Shown: piece by piece, positions 1 through 10,257 of the stretch
How positions within the stretch are numbered: the first letter of the stretch is position 1
How the letters are laid out: each line of letters opens with the position of its first letter
Assembly: GCA_016198905.1 (NCBI GenBank)
Contig: JACQHR010000011.1
Coordinates: forward strand, 7,427 to 71,426
Length of the DNA: 64,000 nucleotides
Direction of reading: 5' to 3'
Origin: Candidatus Omnitrophota bacterium
Lineage (GTDB): Bacteria; Omnitrophota; Gorgyraeia; Aquiviventales; Aquiviventaceae
The notes under the pieces: generated by a model
Databases searched by the model: none
What the model saw: only the letters and a program-made list of their open reading frames with translations
Told to the model about the DNA's origin: nothing
Made by a program: the position numbers and the translations under genes

Positions 1-2056
1 AGTCGCTCGCCACGCGCATGACCTGCTCCTGGTACACGATGACGCCGTACGTCGTCTTGAGGATGGGCTCCAAGCGCGGATGCTCGTACTTGATCGCGAT
101 CTGTCCGTGCTTGCGCTTCATGAACTCATCGAGCATCCCGGAGCCGATGGGGCCGGGGCGGAAGAGCGCGATCACGGAGATGATGTCCTCGAACTCGGTC
201 GGCTTGATCTTCTTCAACAGGTCGCGCATCCCCGAACTTTCAAGCTGGAACACGCCCATGGTGTCGGCGCGCGCGAGCAACTGGAAGGTCTGCGCGTCAT
301 CCAGCGGCAGCGTCTCGAGATTGATCAGCGTGTTGCGCCGGCGTTCGGCGAGCTTGATCGCCTCATCGATGACGGTCAGCGTCCGCAGGCCGAGCATGTC
401 GATCTTGAGGATGCCGATGTGCTCGAGCGACGTCATGTCAAAGCCGGTGGTGATCTGGTCGTCATTGCTCTTAAAGAGCGGCGTGTAGTTGGTGAGCGGC
501 TTATCGGCGATGGTGATGCCGGCAGCGTGCGTCGAGGCGTGGCGGGTCAATCCCTCAAGGACGAGGGCCGTATCCATGAGCGACTTGACTTGCTCGTTCG
601 TGCGATACAGTTGTGTGAGCTCGGGGACTTCGGCGAGTGCGCGCGTCAGGGTGATATCGAGTTCGTTGGGGATGAGCTTGGCGAGGCGGTCCGCCTCGGC
701 GTAGGATATTTTCATGACGCGGGCGACATCGCGCACGACGGCTTTGGCCTGCATCGTGCCGAACGTGATGATCTGCGCGACGTTGGTCTTGCCGTATTTC
801 TGGATGACGTACTCGATGACTTCGTTGCGCCGCTCATAGCAGAAGTCGATGTCGATATCCGGCTGCGTGACGCGTTGCGGGTTCAAGAAGCGCTCAAAGA
901 GCAGATCATATTTGAGCGGATCGATGTCGGTGATGCCCAGACAATAGCTGACCATACTTCCTGCAGCCGACCCGCGTCCAGGTCCCACCGGAATGTCGCG
1001 CTCCTTCGCGAAGCGCACAAAGTCCCAGACGATCAAGAAGTAACTCGTGTAGCCGGCCTGCTGGATGACCCGCAACTCGTGCTCCAACCGCTCCACGAGC
1101 GGGGCGGCCACTTCCCCATACCGGCCGGCGAGTCCGTGATAGCAGAGCTCCTTGAGGTACTCCTGCTGAGTTTTGTTGGGCGGCGGCTCGTAGTACGGCA
1201 AGTGAATCTTGCCAAACTCGAGTTCAAGGTTGCACTTATCCGCGATTTCCAGCGTCGTCGCAATTGCCTCGGGGCAGTCGCTGAAGAGTCCCTTCATCTG
1301 CTCGGCGGACTTGAGATAAAACTCCGGCTGCTCGTAGCGCAGCCGGTGCGGATCGTCGATCGTCGTCTGCGTTTGGATCGCCATGAGCGCGTCGTGCGCC
1401 TGCGCGTGGGCTTGCTCGATGTAGTGCACGTCGTTGGTCGCGACGCACTTCACTCCCGCATCGCGCGCGAGTTGCTGCAGGATCGGGCGGACCTTGTGCT
1501 CCAGCGGCAGATTGTGATGCTGCAGTTCGACGTAGACGTTGTCCTTACCCATGATCTGAATGAAGTCGTCAAGCTCTTTGCGGGCGAGCTCCGTCTGCTC
1601 TTGCGTGAGATGGACATTCAAGATGCCTTTCAGGCAACTCGTCAGTACGATGAGGCCGTTCTTATGTTGAGCCAGTGTGTCCTTATCGATACGCGGCTTG
1701 TAGTAGAAGCCTTCGAGGTAGCCGATGGAGATGAGGCGCATGAGGTTGGTGTAGCCTTCCTCATCTTTCGCGAGCAGAACCAGATGCGCATTGGAGTCGC
1801 GGATACCGGTGCCGGATTTCTCGAAGCGGCTCTTGGGCGCGATGTAGGTTTCGCAGCCGATGATGGGTTTAATGCCCTGCTTCATGCAGGTTTCGTAAAA
1901 TTCGATCGCCCCAAAGAGATTGCCGTGGTCCGTGACCGCCATCGCGGGAAATTTCAGCTCGATCGCGCGCTTGATCAACGGCGAAATGCGGCAGGCGCCA
2001 TCCAAGAGGGAGTAATTCGTGTGGACGTGCAGGTGGACGAAATCAGCGTGCAACAT
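1..2056 (-). CDS. dnaE: DNA polymerase III alpha subunit, N-terminal part (3' end of gene lies beyond the left window edge)
   Basis: Absent from the ORF track because it is open at the edge. My minus-strand translation from ATG 2056-2054 reads MLHADFVHLHVHTNYSLLDGAC (PHP-domain start typical of DnaE) and stays open to position 1. The plus ORF 80..2062 is its antisense shadow. Confidence 0.9.
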   Translation of the reverse strand, partial: MLHADFVHLHVHTNYSLLDGACRISPLIKRAIELKFPAMAVTDHGNLFGAIEFYETCMKQGIKPIIGCETYIAPKSRFEKSGTGIRDSNAHLVLLAKDEEGYTNLMRLISIGYLEGFYYKPRIDKDTLAQHKNGLIVLTSCLKGILNVHLTQEQTELARKELDDFIQIMGKDNVYVELQHHNLPLEHKVRPILQQLARDAGVKCVATNDVHYIEQAHAQAHDALMAIQTQTTIDDPHRLRYEQPEFYLKSAEQMKGLFSDCPEAIATTLEIADKCNLELEFGKIHLPYYEPPPNKTQQEYLKELCYHGLAGRYGEVAAPLVERLEHELRVIQQAGYTSYFLIVWDFVRFAKERDIPVGPGRGSAAGSMVSYCLGITDIDPLKYDLLFERFLNPQRVTQPDIDIDFCYERRNEVIEYVIQKYGKTNVAQIITFGTMQAKAVVRDVARVMKISYAEADRLAKLIPNELDITLTRALAEVPELTQLYRTNEQVKSLMDTALVLEGLTRHASTHAAGITIADKPLTNYTPLFKSNDDQITTGFDMTSLEHIGILKIDMLGLRTLTVIDEAIKLAERRRNTLINLETLPLDDAQTFQLLARADTMGVFQLESSGMRDLLKKIKPTEFEDIISVIALFRPGPIGSGMLDEFMKRKHGQIAIKYEHPRLEPILKTTYGVIVYQEQVMRVASD

Positions 2057-2058
2057 CG

Positions 2059-3153
2059 TTAGGTTGCGCCTGTCCCGCGCCCCTTGCCCCGCGCCCCAGA
2101 CGGTTGCGTACCCATATCGTTGATGCGGTGAATGAGCCGGTTGAGCCGGCCGTAATTTTGGCGATTGAACGTCAAGATCAGCCGCGACAACCCTTGCAAG
2201 TTTGGCTCATCGCGTTCTTCCGCAAGGACTGGGCCCTGGCGGATCGTACCCGAGCCGAGCAGATCGCGAAACTCCTGCGTCAGGCGAGCGACCGCAGCTT
2301 CCGAGAGCGGATGCTGCAAGCGGATCGCCAGCGCGTCTCCGACGTAGCGCAGCGAGTGATACGTGGAATAAAAGTGCAAGATGTACTGCACCGCCTCTTC
2401 CGCGGAGCGCGTCACATGATAAATGGCACGATCATCCGGCGAGATCATGCCGCCGCGCTCAAGTTGTTCCGTGAAAAACTTCAGCAGCGGGGTCCAGAAG
2501 GAGCCTTTCGGCGTATCGACGAAGACGATCGGCCGCGGATCGGACTTGCCTGTTTGGACGAGGGTCAGCGATTCGAAGCCTTCATCGAGCGTGCCGAAGC
2601 CGCCGGGAAACAACACGGTGGCGTGAGACTCTTTGATGAAGAGCAGTTTCCTCGTGAAGAAATATTTACAGTTGATGAGCTTGGGGTCTTTGGCGATGAC
2701 GTCGTTGGCCTCTTGCTCAAACGGCAGGCGGATGTTCAACCCGAAACTCGCCTCGCGGCCGGCGCCTTTATGGCCGGCGCGCATAATGCCGCTGGCGGCT
2801 CCGGTGATGACCATCCAGCCGGCGCGCACCATCTGCTCGCCGAAGGCCGAGGCCATGGCGTACGCCGGATGATCCATGCCCAATCGTGCGGATCCAAACA
2901 TCGCGACTTTGCGGTTATGCCGATAGGGGCGAAAGATGTTGAACGCGTAGCGCAGCTCCTTGAGCGCCGCGTTGAGAATTTTCAGATCACCCGTCGAGGC
3001 GCGGTCTTCGCCGAGGCGATACGCCGACACGACCATCTCCGCGAGCAGCTTGCGATCAAACGCGTCAGTAAAGGGGGCGACGAGCTTGGCAATCTGCGCA
3101 TCGACCGCGGCGTTGCGCGTGGTGTAGGCCCGAGAGGATCGTTGCGGTTTCAT
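2059..3153 (-). CDS. LOG family protein (TIGR00730-like, long PpnN-like form)
   Basis: 364 aa with a PGGFGTLDEGFE (PGGxGTxxE) motif and a GAASGIM Rossmann segment. The C-terminal tail GARGKGRGTGAT is encoded by a G-rich heptamer array. Confidence 0.8.
   Translation of the reverse strand: MKPQRSSRAYTTRNAAVDAQIAKLVAPFTDAFDRKLLAEMVVSAYRLGEDRASTGDLKILNAALKELRYAFNIFRPYRHNRKVAMFGSARLGMDHPAYAMASAFGEQMVRAGWMVITGAASGIMRAGHKGAGREASFGLNIRLPFEQEANDVIAKDPKLINCKYFFTRKLLFIKESHATVLFPGGFGTLDEGFESLTLVQTGKSDPRPIVFVDTPKGSFWTPLLKFFTEQLERGGMISPDDRAIYHVTRSAEEAVQYILHFYSTYHSLRYVGDALAIRLQHPLSEAAVARLTQEFRDLLGSGTIRQGPVLAEERDEPNLQGLSRLILTFNRQNYGRLNRLIHRINDMGTQPSGARGKGRGTGAT
2066..2097. repeat. G/C heptamer array (GGGGCNN on the minus strand)
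   Basis: The minus strand reads GGGGCGC GGGGCAA GGGGCGC GGGACAG. It encodes the LOG C-terminal tail and ends about 10 nt from the dnaE start codon. Confidence 0.8.
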
Positions 3154-3202
3154 GATCGTGCTAGTCTAACGTGAACCGGAGGAAAAATCATCTAACTTCC
3201 GG

Positions 3203-3658
3203 TTACTGTCCAGAATGTTTGGTGGCGTGGACGCCGAATTCGTGGACAAGACGGCCGCCGAGACGCGCGCCGAGGCTGAGTGTCACCGCCATCGCGAGCA
3301 TCAGGATCAAGCTGACGGCTTGCAGCGACGGGGGGAGCTGGTCGCGCTTGACGAGCCGCAGCGCGCTGGCCAGGGTCGCGAAGATGAGTGTCGCGAACCC
3401 GAACCGCTGATGTTGCTCCATCACCTTCCAAATCTCAAAGGAGTGCTTCGCGACTTCCGCCGCCTCGCGTCCGGTGAGGACCGCCACGCCCGCGCCGACG
3501 GTGCCGAGACACAGATTCCAGAGTGCCACGCGATGCAGCGCAGGCCGCTTCAAGATGATCGCGAGTCCATCCAACAGGACAGCGGTCAGCAGCAACGCGA
3601 TCGGAAAGTGCACGATCAGCGGATGGATGTAATGAATCACCTCAAGATCAACCATCAT
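3203..3658 (-). CDS. DUF2231-type membrane protein
   Basis: 151 aa, several hydrophobic helices, N-terminal HPLIVHFPIALL signature. Paralog at 14708..15178 (HPLVIHFPLAFL). Confidence 0.7.
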   Translation of the reverse strand: MMVDLEVIHYIHPLIVHFPIALLLTAVLLDGLAIILKRPALHRVALWNLCLGTVGAGVAVLTGREAAEVAKHSFEIWKVMEQHQRFGFATLIFATLASALRLVKRDQLPPSLQAVSLILMLAMAVTLSLGARLGGRLVHEFGVHATKHSGQ

Positions 3659-3676
3659 CTCGTGCGCTCCATTTCA

Positions 3677-5980
3677 CTATAACGCCATCTTGCGTAAGCG
3701 CAAGGCGTTGGCAATCACCGACACAGAACTGAAACTCATCGTGGCTGCGGCCAGCATGGGACTCAGGAGAATTCCCAACCAGGGATAGAGGATGCCGGCC
3801 GCTACCGGCACCCCGAGCGCGTTATAGATGAAGGCGAAGAACAAGTTCTGACGGATGTTGCGCATCGTCGCTCGGCTTAACACACGGGCGCGAACGATGC
3901 TGCGCAGATCGCCTTTGACGAGGGTGACGTCTGCGCTCTCCATCGCCACGTCCGTTCCAGTGCCCATCGCGATGCCGACGTTCGCTTGCGCGAGTGCGGG
4001 CGCGTCATTGACGCCATCACCCGCCACCGCGACGACGTGGCCTTGCCGCTGGAGGGTACTGACGATCTCGCCCTTGCGTTCCGGCCGCACGCCGGCATGG
4101 ACGTCGTCGATGCCGAGCGTTGACGCGATGGCGCGGGCCGTGATCTCGTTATCGCCGGTCGCCATGACGATCCGGATGCCGTCCTGCCGCAGCCGCGCGA
4201 TCGCCTCCGGTGTTGAGGGCTTGATGGGATCGGCGACACCGAGCAGCCCGGCGAGCCGTCCGTCGACGCTGACGAACATGACGGTCTGCCCCTCGCGCCG
4301 TAGCGCGTCCGCGCGCGGCGCCATCTCATTGACGGTCACGCCGAGCTCCTGCATGAAGGCCTGGTTCCCGAGGGCCACGCGATGGCCGTCCACGCGTCCG
4401 ACCACCCCCTGGCCTGTGTTCGATTGGAACTCTGACGCCGGCGCGAGCGTTATCTTCCGTGCGTGAGCTTCCGCGACGATCGCCTGCGCGAGCGGATGCT
4501 CGCTGGCGCGCTCGAGGCTCGCGGCGATGCGCAGCAGCGTCGACTCATCGGTCGGCGCGTGCGGCGCGATGGTCACCAGTGCGGGTTTGCCCTCAGTCAG
4601 CGTGCCGGTTTTATCGATGATCAGCGTCTCGACGTGTTCGAAGGTTTCCAGCGCCTCGGCATTCTTGATCAACACGCCGGCCTGCGCGCCGCGGCCGATG
4701 CCGACCATGATCGACATCGGCGTCGCCAACCCCAGCGCGCACGGACACGCGATGATCAGGACGGCCACCGCGTTGACCAGCGCGTACGTCAGGCGCGGCT
4801 GCGGCCCGATGAGCGCCCAGACCACGAAGGTGACGATGGCGATGAGGACGACCGCCGGCACGAAATAACCGGAGATGAGATCAGCCAATCGTTGGATCGG
4901 CGCTTTGCTGCGCTGCGCGTCACAGACCAGGCGGACGATTTGACTCAACAGCGTGTCGGCGCCGACCCGTGTGGCTTCCATGATGAGACTGCCCGTGCCA
5001 TTGATCGTGCCGCCGGTGACGCCGGCACCCGGCGTTTTCTCGACGGGGATCGGCTCTCCGGTGACCATGGACTCATCGACGGCGCTCGTCCCTTCCCGGA
5101 TGACGCCATCAGTGGGCATGCGCTCGCCGGGCCGCACGCGCAGTCGATCACCGACTGTGATGGCCTCAAGCGACACCTCTTCATCGGTGCCGTCCGGTCG
5201 AATCCGTTTCGCGGTCTTCGGTGCCAAGTTCAGGAGTGTTTTGATCGCGTCACTGGTGCGACTGCGAGCGCGTAACTCCAGCACTTGGCCGAGCAGGACC
5301 AGCGTGGTGATGACGGCGGCCGCTTCAAAATACACCGGCACGCTGCCGAGGTGGCTATGAAGCGATGCGGGAAACGTCCCGTGGAAGACGAGCGCAGCGA
5401 CGCTATAGCTGTAGGCGGCTCCCATCCCCAGCGCGATCAGCGTAAACATATTCAGGCTGCGGTGGATAAGTGACGCCCACCCGCGTTTGAAGAACGGCCA
5501 TCCGCCCCACCACACCACGGGAGTCGCCAGCGCGCATTGCAGCCAGGCCAGCAGTCGTGGTGAGAGCGCGCGTTGAAGCGGTTGGCCTGGAAGCATCTCC
5601 GACATCGCAAGCAGGAACACCGGCACGGTCAATGCCAGGCTGCTCCAGAAGCGCCGGGTCATGTCTTGCAACTCACCGTGCGATTCCTTCTGGGCGCTCG
5701 GTGCGAGAAGCTCAAGCGTCATGCCGCAGATCGGGCACGTCCCCGGCCCGCGTTGATGGATTTCAGGATGCATCGGACAAGTGTAGAGCGTCTCGCGTGC
5801 AGGAGTCGCGGTCGGCGATGTCGGCGTGACAGGACGCGCCGGCTGCGCCTGAAACGCCTTCAGACAATGCGCGCTGCAAAAGCGATAGGTCGTTCCGTGT
5901 CGTTCGGCCACGAGTGTCGTGGCAGGATCAACCTCCATCCCACAGATAGGATCTCGAATGGAAAGCGGTGGGACGGTCAT
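3677..5980 (-). CDS. copA: Copper-translocating P1B-type ATPase with N-terminal YHS/TRASH and CPxH..CPICGM metal-binding modules
   Basis: 767 aa with [10 protein letters not shown] (CPC), DKTGTLT and GDGVNDAP motifs. The N-terminus has [15 protein letters not shown] (YHS/TRASH type) and [14 protein letters not shown] instead of a classical HMA fold. Confidence 0.9.
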   Translation of the reverse strand: MTVPPLSIRDPICGMEVDPATTLVAERHGTTYRFCSAHCLKAFQAQPARPVTPTSPTATPARETLYTCPMHPEIHQRGPGTCPICGMTLELLAPSAQKESHGELQDMTRRFWSSLALTVPVFLLAMSEMLPGQPLQRALSPRLLAWLQCALATPVVWWGGWPFFKRGWASLIHRSLNMFTLIALGMGAAYSYSVAALVFHGTFPASLHSHLGSVPVYFEAAAVITTLVLLGQVLELRARSRTSDAIKTLLNLAPKTAKRIRPDGTDEEVSLEAITVGDRLRVRPGERMPTDGVIREGTSAVDESMVTGEPIPVEKTPGAGVTGGTINGTGSLIMEATRVGADTLLSQIVRLVCDAQRSKAPIQRLADLISGYFVPAVVLIAIVTFVVWALIGPQPRLTYALVNAVAVLIIACPCALGLATPMSIMVGIGRGAQAGVLIKNAEALETFEHVETLIIDKTGTLTEGKPALVTIAPHAPTDESTLLRIAASLERASEHPLAQAIVAEAHARKITLAPASEFQSNTGQGVVGRVDGHRVALGNQAFMQELGVTVNEMAPRADALRREGQTVMFVSVDGRLAGLLGVADPIKPSTPEAIARLRQDGIRIVMATGDNEITARAIASTLGIDDVHAGVRPERKGEIVSTLQRQGHVVAVAGDGVNDAPALAQANVGIAMGTGTDVAMESADVTLVKGDLRSIVRARVLSRATMRNIRQNLFFAFIYNALGVPVAAGILYPWLGILLSPMLAAATMSFSSVSVIANALRLRKMAL

Positions 5981-5981
5981 C

Positions 5982-7664
5982 TTAGCGAGTGTAGGCGTTC
6001 ATCACATACTGTTGGAGCATCCGCTGCGTATTGAAGAATGCGCCATTGATGGCGATCGCGTGGCGCATCACATCGATGAACCGGTCTCGGTTGCGATAGA
6101 ACACGGGCGCCACGGTCCGTTCCAGCGCGTCGTACAAGAAGGCGGCATCCTGCGCAGCATCCCTTGGCGTTCCCTCGTTGCCGCCATCTTGGCCAATCGC
6201 CCAGCCTGTGATCCCTTCAATGTGTCCCTCAAGCCACCAGCCATCCAGGATGCTCAGACTCGGCACCCCGTTGAGCGCGGCCTTCATGCCGCTGGTCCCC
6301 GAGGCCTCGAGCGGTGGCTGAGGGGTGTTCAACCATACGTCCACTCCCGCCGTGATGAACTGGCCTAGCTCCATGTCATAGTTTTCCAGGTAAGCCACTT
6401 TGAGGTAGGATTGCAGCGCCTCCTTGGCCTTGATGATGCGTTGAATGAGCGTTTTCCCTTCCTGATCCTGGGGATGCGCCTTGCCGGCATAGATGACCTG
6501 GATCGGGCCGGTGTTCGCCACAATGCGCTTGAGCCGCTCCAGATCGTGAAACAACAAATCGGTTCGCTTGTACGTCGCCGCCCGTCGCGCAAACCCAAGC
6601 GTGAAATGATCGACGTCCATCCCCAGGTTCGTCTGGTCGTTTACGTATTCGAGGAGCCGCTTCTTGGCCTGCAGGTGGGTCGCCCACAACTCCTGCTTGG
6701 GAATGTTGAGCGCATAGCGAAGGCTGAAGTTATCCTGTCGCCAGCCAGGAATATAGCGATCAAACAGCTGCTGAAAGGGTGGTGAAGTCCATGTCACGGC
6801 GTGGACGCCATTGGTGATCGCATCAATCTTGTAGCGGGCGAACATCAACTGAGAGACTTCCCCATGACGCTTGGCGACCCCGTTGACGTAGTGGCTCAGG
6901 TTCAGCGCCAGATAGGTCATATTCAGCAGCCCTTCGCAGCAGAACACCTCGTGCATGTCATATACGTCGCGGCGCCCCAAGACCTGGATCACAAGGTCCA
7001 TTGGGAACTTGTCATGCCCGGCCGGTACCGGGGTGTGGGTGGTGAACACGCACTGCTTGCGGACGACGTCGACATCCTCATGCGTGATGGCGGTTCGTCC
7101 CGCCTGCGTGGCCGCTTCATCGAGCAATTCGAGGGTCAACAGGCTCGCGTGCCCTTCGTTCATGTGGAACCGCGTGAGCTGATCATAGCCCAACGCGCGC
7201 AGCATCCGTACCCCGCCGATTCCGAGGACGGCTTCCTGGCAGAGCCGATAGTGCTGATCCCCGCCGTAGAGGTAGTGGGTCAGCGTCCGATCGCCCTCGG
7301 CATTCTCCGGCAGGTCGGTATCGAGAAGAAAGACCGGCACGGTGAATCCCTCGGCCCCCTGCACGTCGTACTGCCAGGCACGGATGTGGACGGTGCGTCC
7401 CTCAATCATGACCGTGACGCGCTGGGAGCGTTCTCTCAGGTAGTCCTCGACCGCCCACTCCACCGGCTCTTCTCGCTGCCACCCAGTGGCATCCAGCCGC
7501 TGGTAGAAATACCCCTTCCGATGGAGCAACGTAACCGCGACCAGAGAAATGCTAAGATCCGCAGCCGAGCGAATCGTATCGCCCGCCAGCACGCCCAACC
7601 CACCGCTATACGTGGGGATCCCGTGCTCCAAGCAGATCTCCATGGAGAAGTAGGCGATGCTCAT
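5982..7664 (-). CDS. glgP: Alpha-glucan (glycogen/maltodextrin) phosphorylase, short type
   Basis: 560 aa starting [19 protein letters not shown], with the [14 protein letters not shown] pyridoxal-phosphate lysine motif. Confidence 0.85.
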   Translation of the reverse strand: MSIAYFSMEICLEHGIPTYSGGLGVLAGDTIRSAADLSISLVAVTLLHRKGYFYQRLDATGWQREEPVEWAVEDYLRERSQRVTVMIEGRTVHIRAWQYDVQGAEGFTVPVFLLDTDLPENAEGDRTLTHYLYGGDQHYRLCQEAVLGIGGVRMLRALGYDQLTRFHMNEGHASLLTLELLDEAATQAGRTAITHEDVDVVRKQCVFTTHTPVPAGHDKFPMDLVIQVLGRRDVYDMHEVFCCEGLLNMTYLALNLSHYVNGVAKRHGEVSQLMFARYKIDAITNGVHAVTWTSPPFQQLFDRYIPGWRQDNFSLRYALNIPKQELWATHLQAKKRLLEYVNDQTNLGMDVDHFTLGFARRAATYKRTDLLFHDLERLKRIVANTGPIQVIYAGKAHPQDQEGKTLIQRIIKAKEALQSYLKVAYLENYDMELGQFITAGVDVWLNTPQPPLEASGTSGMKAALNGVPSLSILDGWWLEGHIEGITGWAIGQDGGNEGTPRDAAQDAAFLYDALERTVAPVFYRNRDRFIDVMRHAIAINGAFFNTQRMLQQYVMNAYTR

Positions 7665-8782
7665 GCTGTCACGTTCCTGATGAATCGTTGGGGAGCTGCC
7701 TCAAACTGTTGCCGGCACTTGAGAGAACAGAACCGGTAGAGCGTCCCTCGATCGGTCGCTGAGAAACCAGAGAGCGCAGGGTCCACGTCCATGCCGCAGA
7801 CGACATCGTGGACCCTGCGCGTTTGTGGGGGAGCCGGGGGTGCGGTCGTGACTTCCAAGGATTTGACGATGATTTGGCCCAGCAGCCGTTCGACATCTTC
7901 TCGACGGCAGAGCTGCGTGCCCTCGTGCATGACGGCCGCTGTGCCGGCGGCGGTGCCCAGTCTCATGGCGGATTCCAGCGGTTGACCTTGGGAGAGCGCA
8001 AACACGAACCCGGCCAGGAACGAATCGCCGGCCCCGACTTTGCTTTTGACCTCGACATCAGGACTGGTCACATGGAGCGCCGCATCCTGACTGACGATCA
8101 GCGCCCCCCTGCGTCCTAACGTGATCGCCACGACCTGGACGCCCTCCTGCACGAGTTGCCGGGCTGCGCCGACCATCGCCTGTTCATCGGGCAGCGACCG
8201 ACCCATGAGCCGGGCGAACTCGTGTTCGTTCGGTTTGATCAGGTAGGGCTTGGCTTGCAGGCCGAGCTTCAAGACCTCGTCATCAGCATCCAGCAGACAC
8301 TTCATGCCGCGCTGTTGGAGGGTCGTGATGAGCTTGGCGTAAAAGTCTTCCGGCACCCCTGGCGGGAGGCTCCCTCCGAGCACCCACCACGGGGGCGTCG
8401 GCTGATAGGTCACGATCTTCTGCATGAAGCCTTCAACATCCGCCAGCGTCATCCGGGGACCCGGCGCACTGATGCGCGTCTGGGTCCGATCAGAACGATC
8501 CGTCAGGATGACGTTGATGCGAGTTTCCTCCGGAACCTCGATCGCCTCAAACGGGATGCCATGCTCGGCCATCAGACTCTTGAGCATGTAGCCGGCACAG
8601 CCCCCGGAGACGCCGAAGGCCACCGTTTCGCCGCCAAGTTCTTTCACGACTCGTGAGACGTTGATGCCTTTGCCGCCAGGGTCACGGCGGATCTCGCGTG
8701 CCCGGATGGCATCGTCCTTCATCAGCTTGTCGATCAGGATATGCTGATCGATTGACGGATTGATCGTGACCGTTCCAATCAT
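7661..8782 (-). CDS. PfkB-family (1-phosphofructokinase-like) sugar kinase fused to a C-terminal YHS/TRASH domain
   Basis: 373 aa with DPGGKGINV and [11 protein letters not shown]fkB motifs. The C-terminal ~45 aa read [28 protein letters not shown]. Overlaps glgP by 4 nt. Confidence 0.8.
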   Translation of the reverse strand: MIGTVTINPSIDQHILIDKLMKDDAIRAREIRRDPGGKGINVSRVVKELGGETVAFGVSGGCAGYMLKSLMAEHGIPFEAIEVPEETRINVILTDRSDRTQTRISAPGPRMTLADVEGFMQKIVTYQPTPPWWVLGGSLPPGVPEDFYAKLITTLQQRGMKCLLDADDEVLKLGLQAKPYLIKPNEHEFARLMGRSLPDEQAMVGAARQLVQEGVQVVAITLGRRGALIVSQDAALHVTSPDVEVKSKVGAGDSFLAGFVFALSQGQPLESAMRLGTAAGTAAVMHEGTQLCRREDVERLLGQIIVKSLEVTTAPPAPPQTRRVHDVVCGMDVDPALSGFSATDRGTLYRFCSLKCRQQFEAAPQRFIRNVTA

Positions 8783-8981
8783 GGCTTCGAGATCATTTTT
8801 TCCAAGAATTGTCTATGACGAATATCATTTCTGATTGTTAACCCCACCGTCATATCCCTGAAACAGGCGCAGCCTATCCTGCGCCTGTGACGATCGTCGA
8901 TACTGCAGGTTCTGGCGCAGCGCCGCCCAAGACTCTGCCGTTTGAGGCGAACGGCAGGCTGGGCAAACCGGGAGGAACACG

Positions 8982-9737
8982 ATGCGACAAGTTCGGTATC
9001 TGAGTATAGTCGTGATCATGGGGTTGTTGAGTTCGACGCTCGTGGAGCGTGGGTACGCCACCCCCTCCACCCACATCTGGGCGCCGTCCACGGATGTCCA
9101 GCCGTACAAGAAGGTTCACCTCACCTCCGACTTCTATGTCCCCACGGAGCAGAACGGTGATGGCTCGCGCGCCAATACCATCACGAACCTTGGTCTGACC
9201 CTGGGCGTCCTGCCCTGGAAATCCGTCAACGCGGAGCTCGGCTTCGACGTCAAGTCCGGAGGCGGCGGGCTGGACGACTGGCCCGTATACTTCAACGCGA
9301 AGATCGGCACGCCTGAGGACCTACTCGGACCTTGGTTTCCCGCGCTGGCCGTCGGCATCTACGATGTCGGAACGAAGCACAACCGCACCACCAACAATGT
9401 GATCTACGGCAAGGCGGCCAAGACCATCAAGGTCAAGGACCTCTCGTTGGGGCGCGTGTCCGTCGGGTATTTCACAGGCGATCCCAATCTCCTGATCAAC
9501 GGGACCAAGCGGGACAACGATGGGCTGCTGTTCGCCTGGGAACGGGTCATGACCGAACTCTCGGATAAACTCTGGGTGGCGGTCGATTACCAGGGCTCGC
9601 GCAGCGCCTATGGCGCCTTGAACCTGGGATTTTCCTGGAAGTTCTCGGAGAACGTCTCGACCATTTTCGCCTATGACCTCTACAACGATCGGGACTTGGC
9701 CGGGACCTACACGGTCCAGGTAGACATCGACTTCTGA
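8982..9737 (+). CDS. Putative outer-membrane beta-barrel protein
   Basis: 251 aa with a signal-like N-terminus, alternating beta-strand pattern and a C-terminal aromatic residue (..TVQVDIDF). This is the only plus-strand gene in the window. Confidence 0.5.
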   Translation: MRQVRYLSIVVIMGLLSSTLVERGYATPSTHIWAPSTDVQPYKKVHLTSDFYVPTEQNGDGSRANTITNLGLTLGVLPWKSVNAELGFDVKSGGGGLDDWPVYFNAKIGTPEDLLGPWFPALAVGIYDVGTKHNRTTNNVIYGKAAKTIKVKDLSLGRVSVGYFTGDPNLLINGTKRDNDGLLFAWERVMTELSDKLWVAVDYQGSRSAYGALNLGFSWKFSENVSTIFAYDLYNDRDLAGTYTVQVDIDF

Positions 9738-9803
9738 AGCGAGCGACAGGGACCTCATGCGACACACTGGATCAAGGAGCGGCCGGGCATCTGCTGTACC
9801 TGA

Positions 9804-10244
9804 TCAGGAGGCGGATGTTCTCACTGGGTCCGTCTCGACCGTGTCCAACCGATGGATCCATTCAGGAACCCTGAACTGCTTGATCGATTCTCGGTTCGTG
9901 TAGGGCTTGAGATCCAGGATCGGTGTGCCCTCCCACGCATCCAATCCTTCAACCTGCAGCGTGGACCCTCGGCGCTTGAGGAGCCTGACGACGGTCACTC
10001 CCAGCGGATTCGGCCGATGCGGAGTTCGGGTGGACAGGAATCCGAGCTTTGGCAGCGCCTTGATGCCCTTGGGATGAATCCTGAGCGCTGGCTTTCCTGC
10101 CTGATGCAGCCAGAAGAGAGCAAGGATGTGCGAGAAATCCTCAATCCCTTCAAGCCCCTTGGCCCAGCGTCGATGAATTCGAATCGCGCCACCTTCCACA
10201 CGGCCGATTGGCCGGAGAACAAGAGATCCTCTATGACGACTCAT
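9804..10244 (-). CDS. trmO: tRNA (N6-threonylcarbamoyladenosine37-N6)-methyltransferase TrmO (TsaA/YaeB family)
   Basis: 146 aa with RTPHRPNPLGVTVVRL and GTPILDLKPY motifs characteristic of the TsaA-like fold. Confidence 0.8.
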   Translation of the reverse strand: MSRHRGSLVLRPIGRVEGGAIRIHRRWAKGLEGIEDFSHILALFWLHQAGKPALRIHPKGIKALPKLGFLSTRTPHRPNPLGVTVVRLLKRRGSTLQVEGLDAWEGTPILDLKPYTNRESIKQFRVPEWIHRLDTVETDPVRTSAS

Positions 10245-10257
10245 GCGGGTCCTTCTC

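Noticed and set aside
80-2062. A 660-aa plus-strand ORF, the longest 'gene' at the left end.
   Set aside because: Its composition (Leu/Arg/Asp/Val-rich, no motifs) is that of an antisense shadow. The minus strand encodes a clear DnaE N-terminus (MLHADFVHLHVHTNYS..), which the track omitted because it is open at the window edge.
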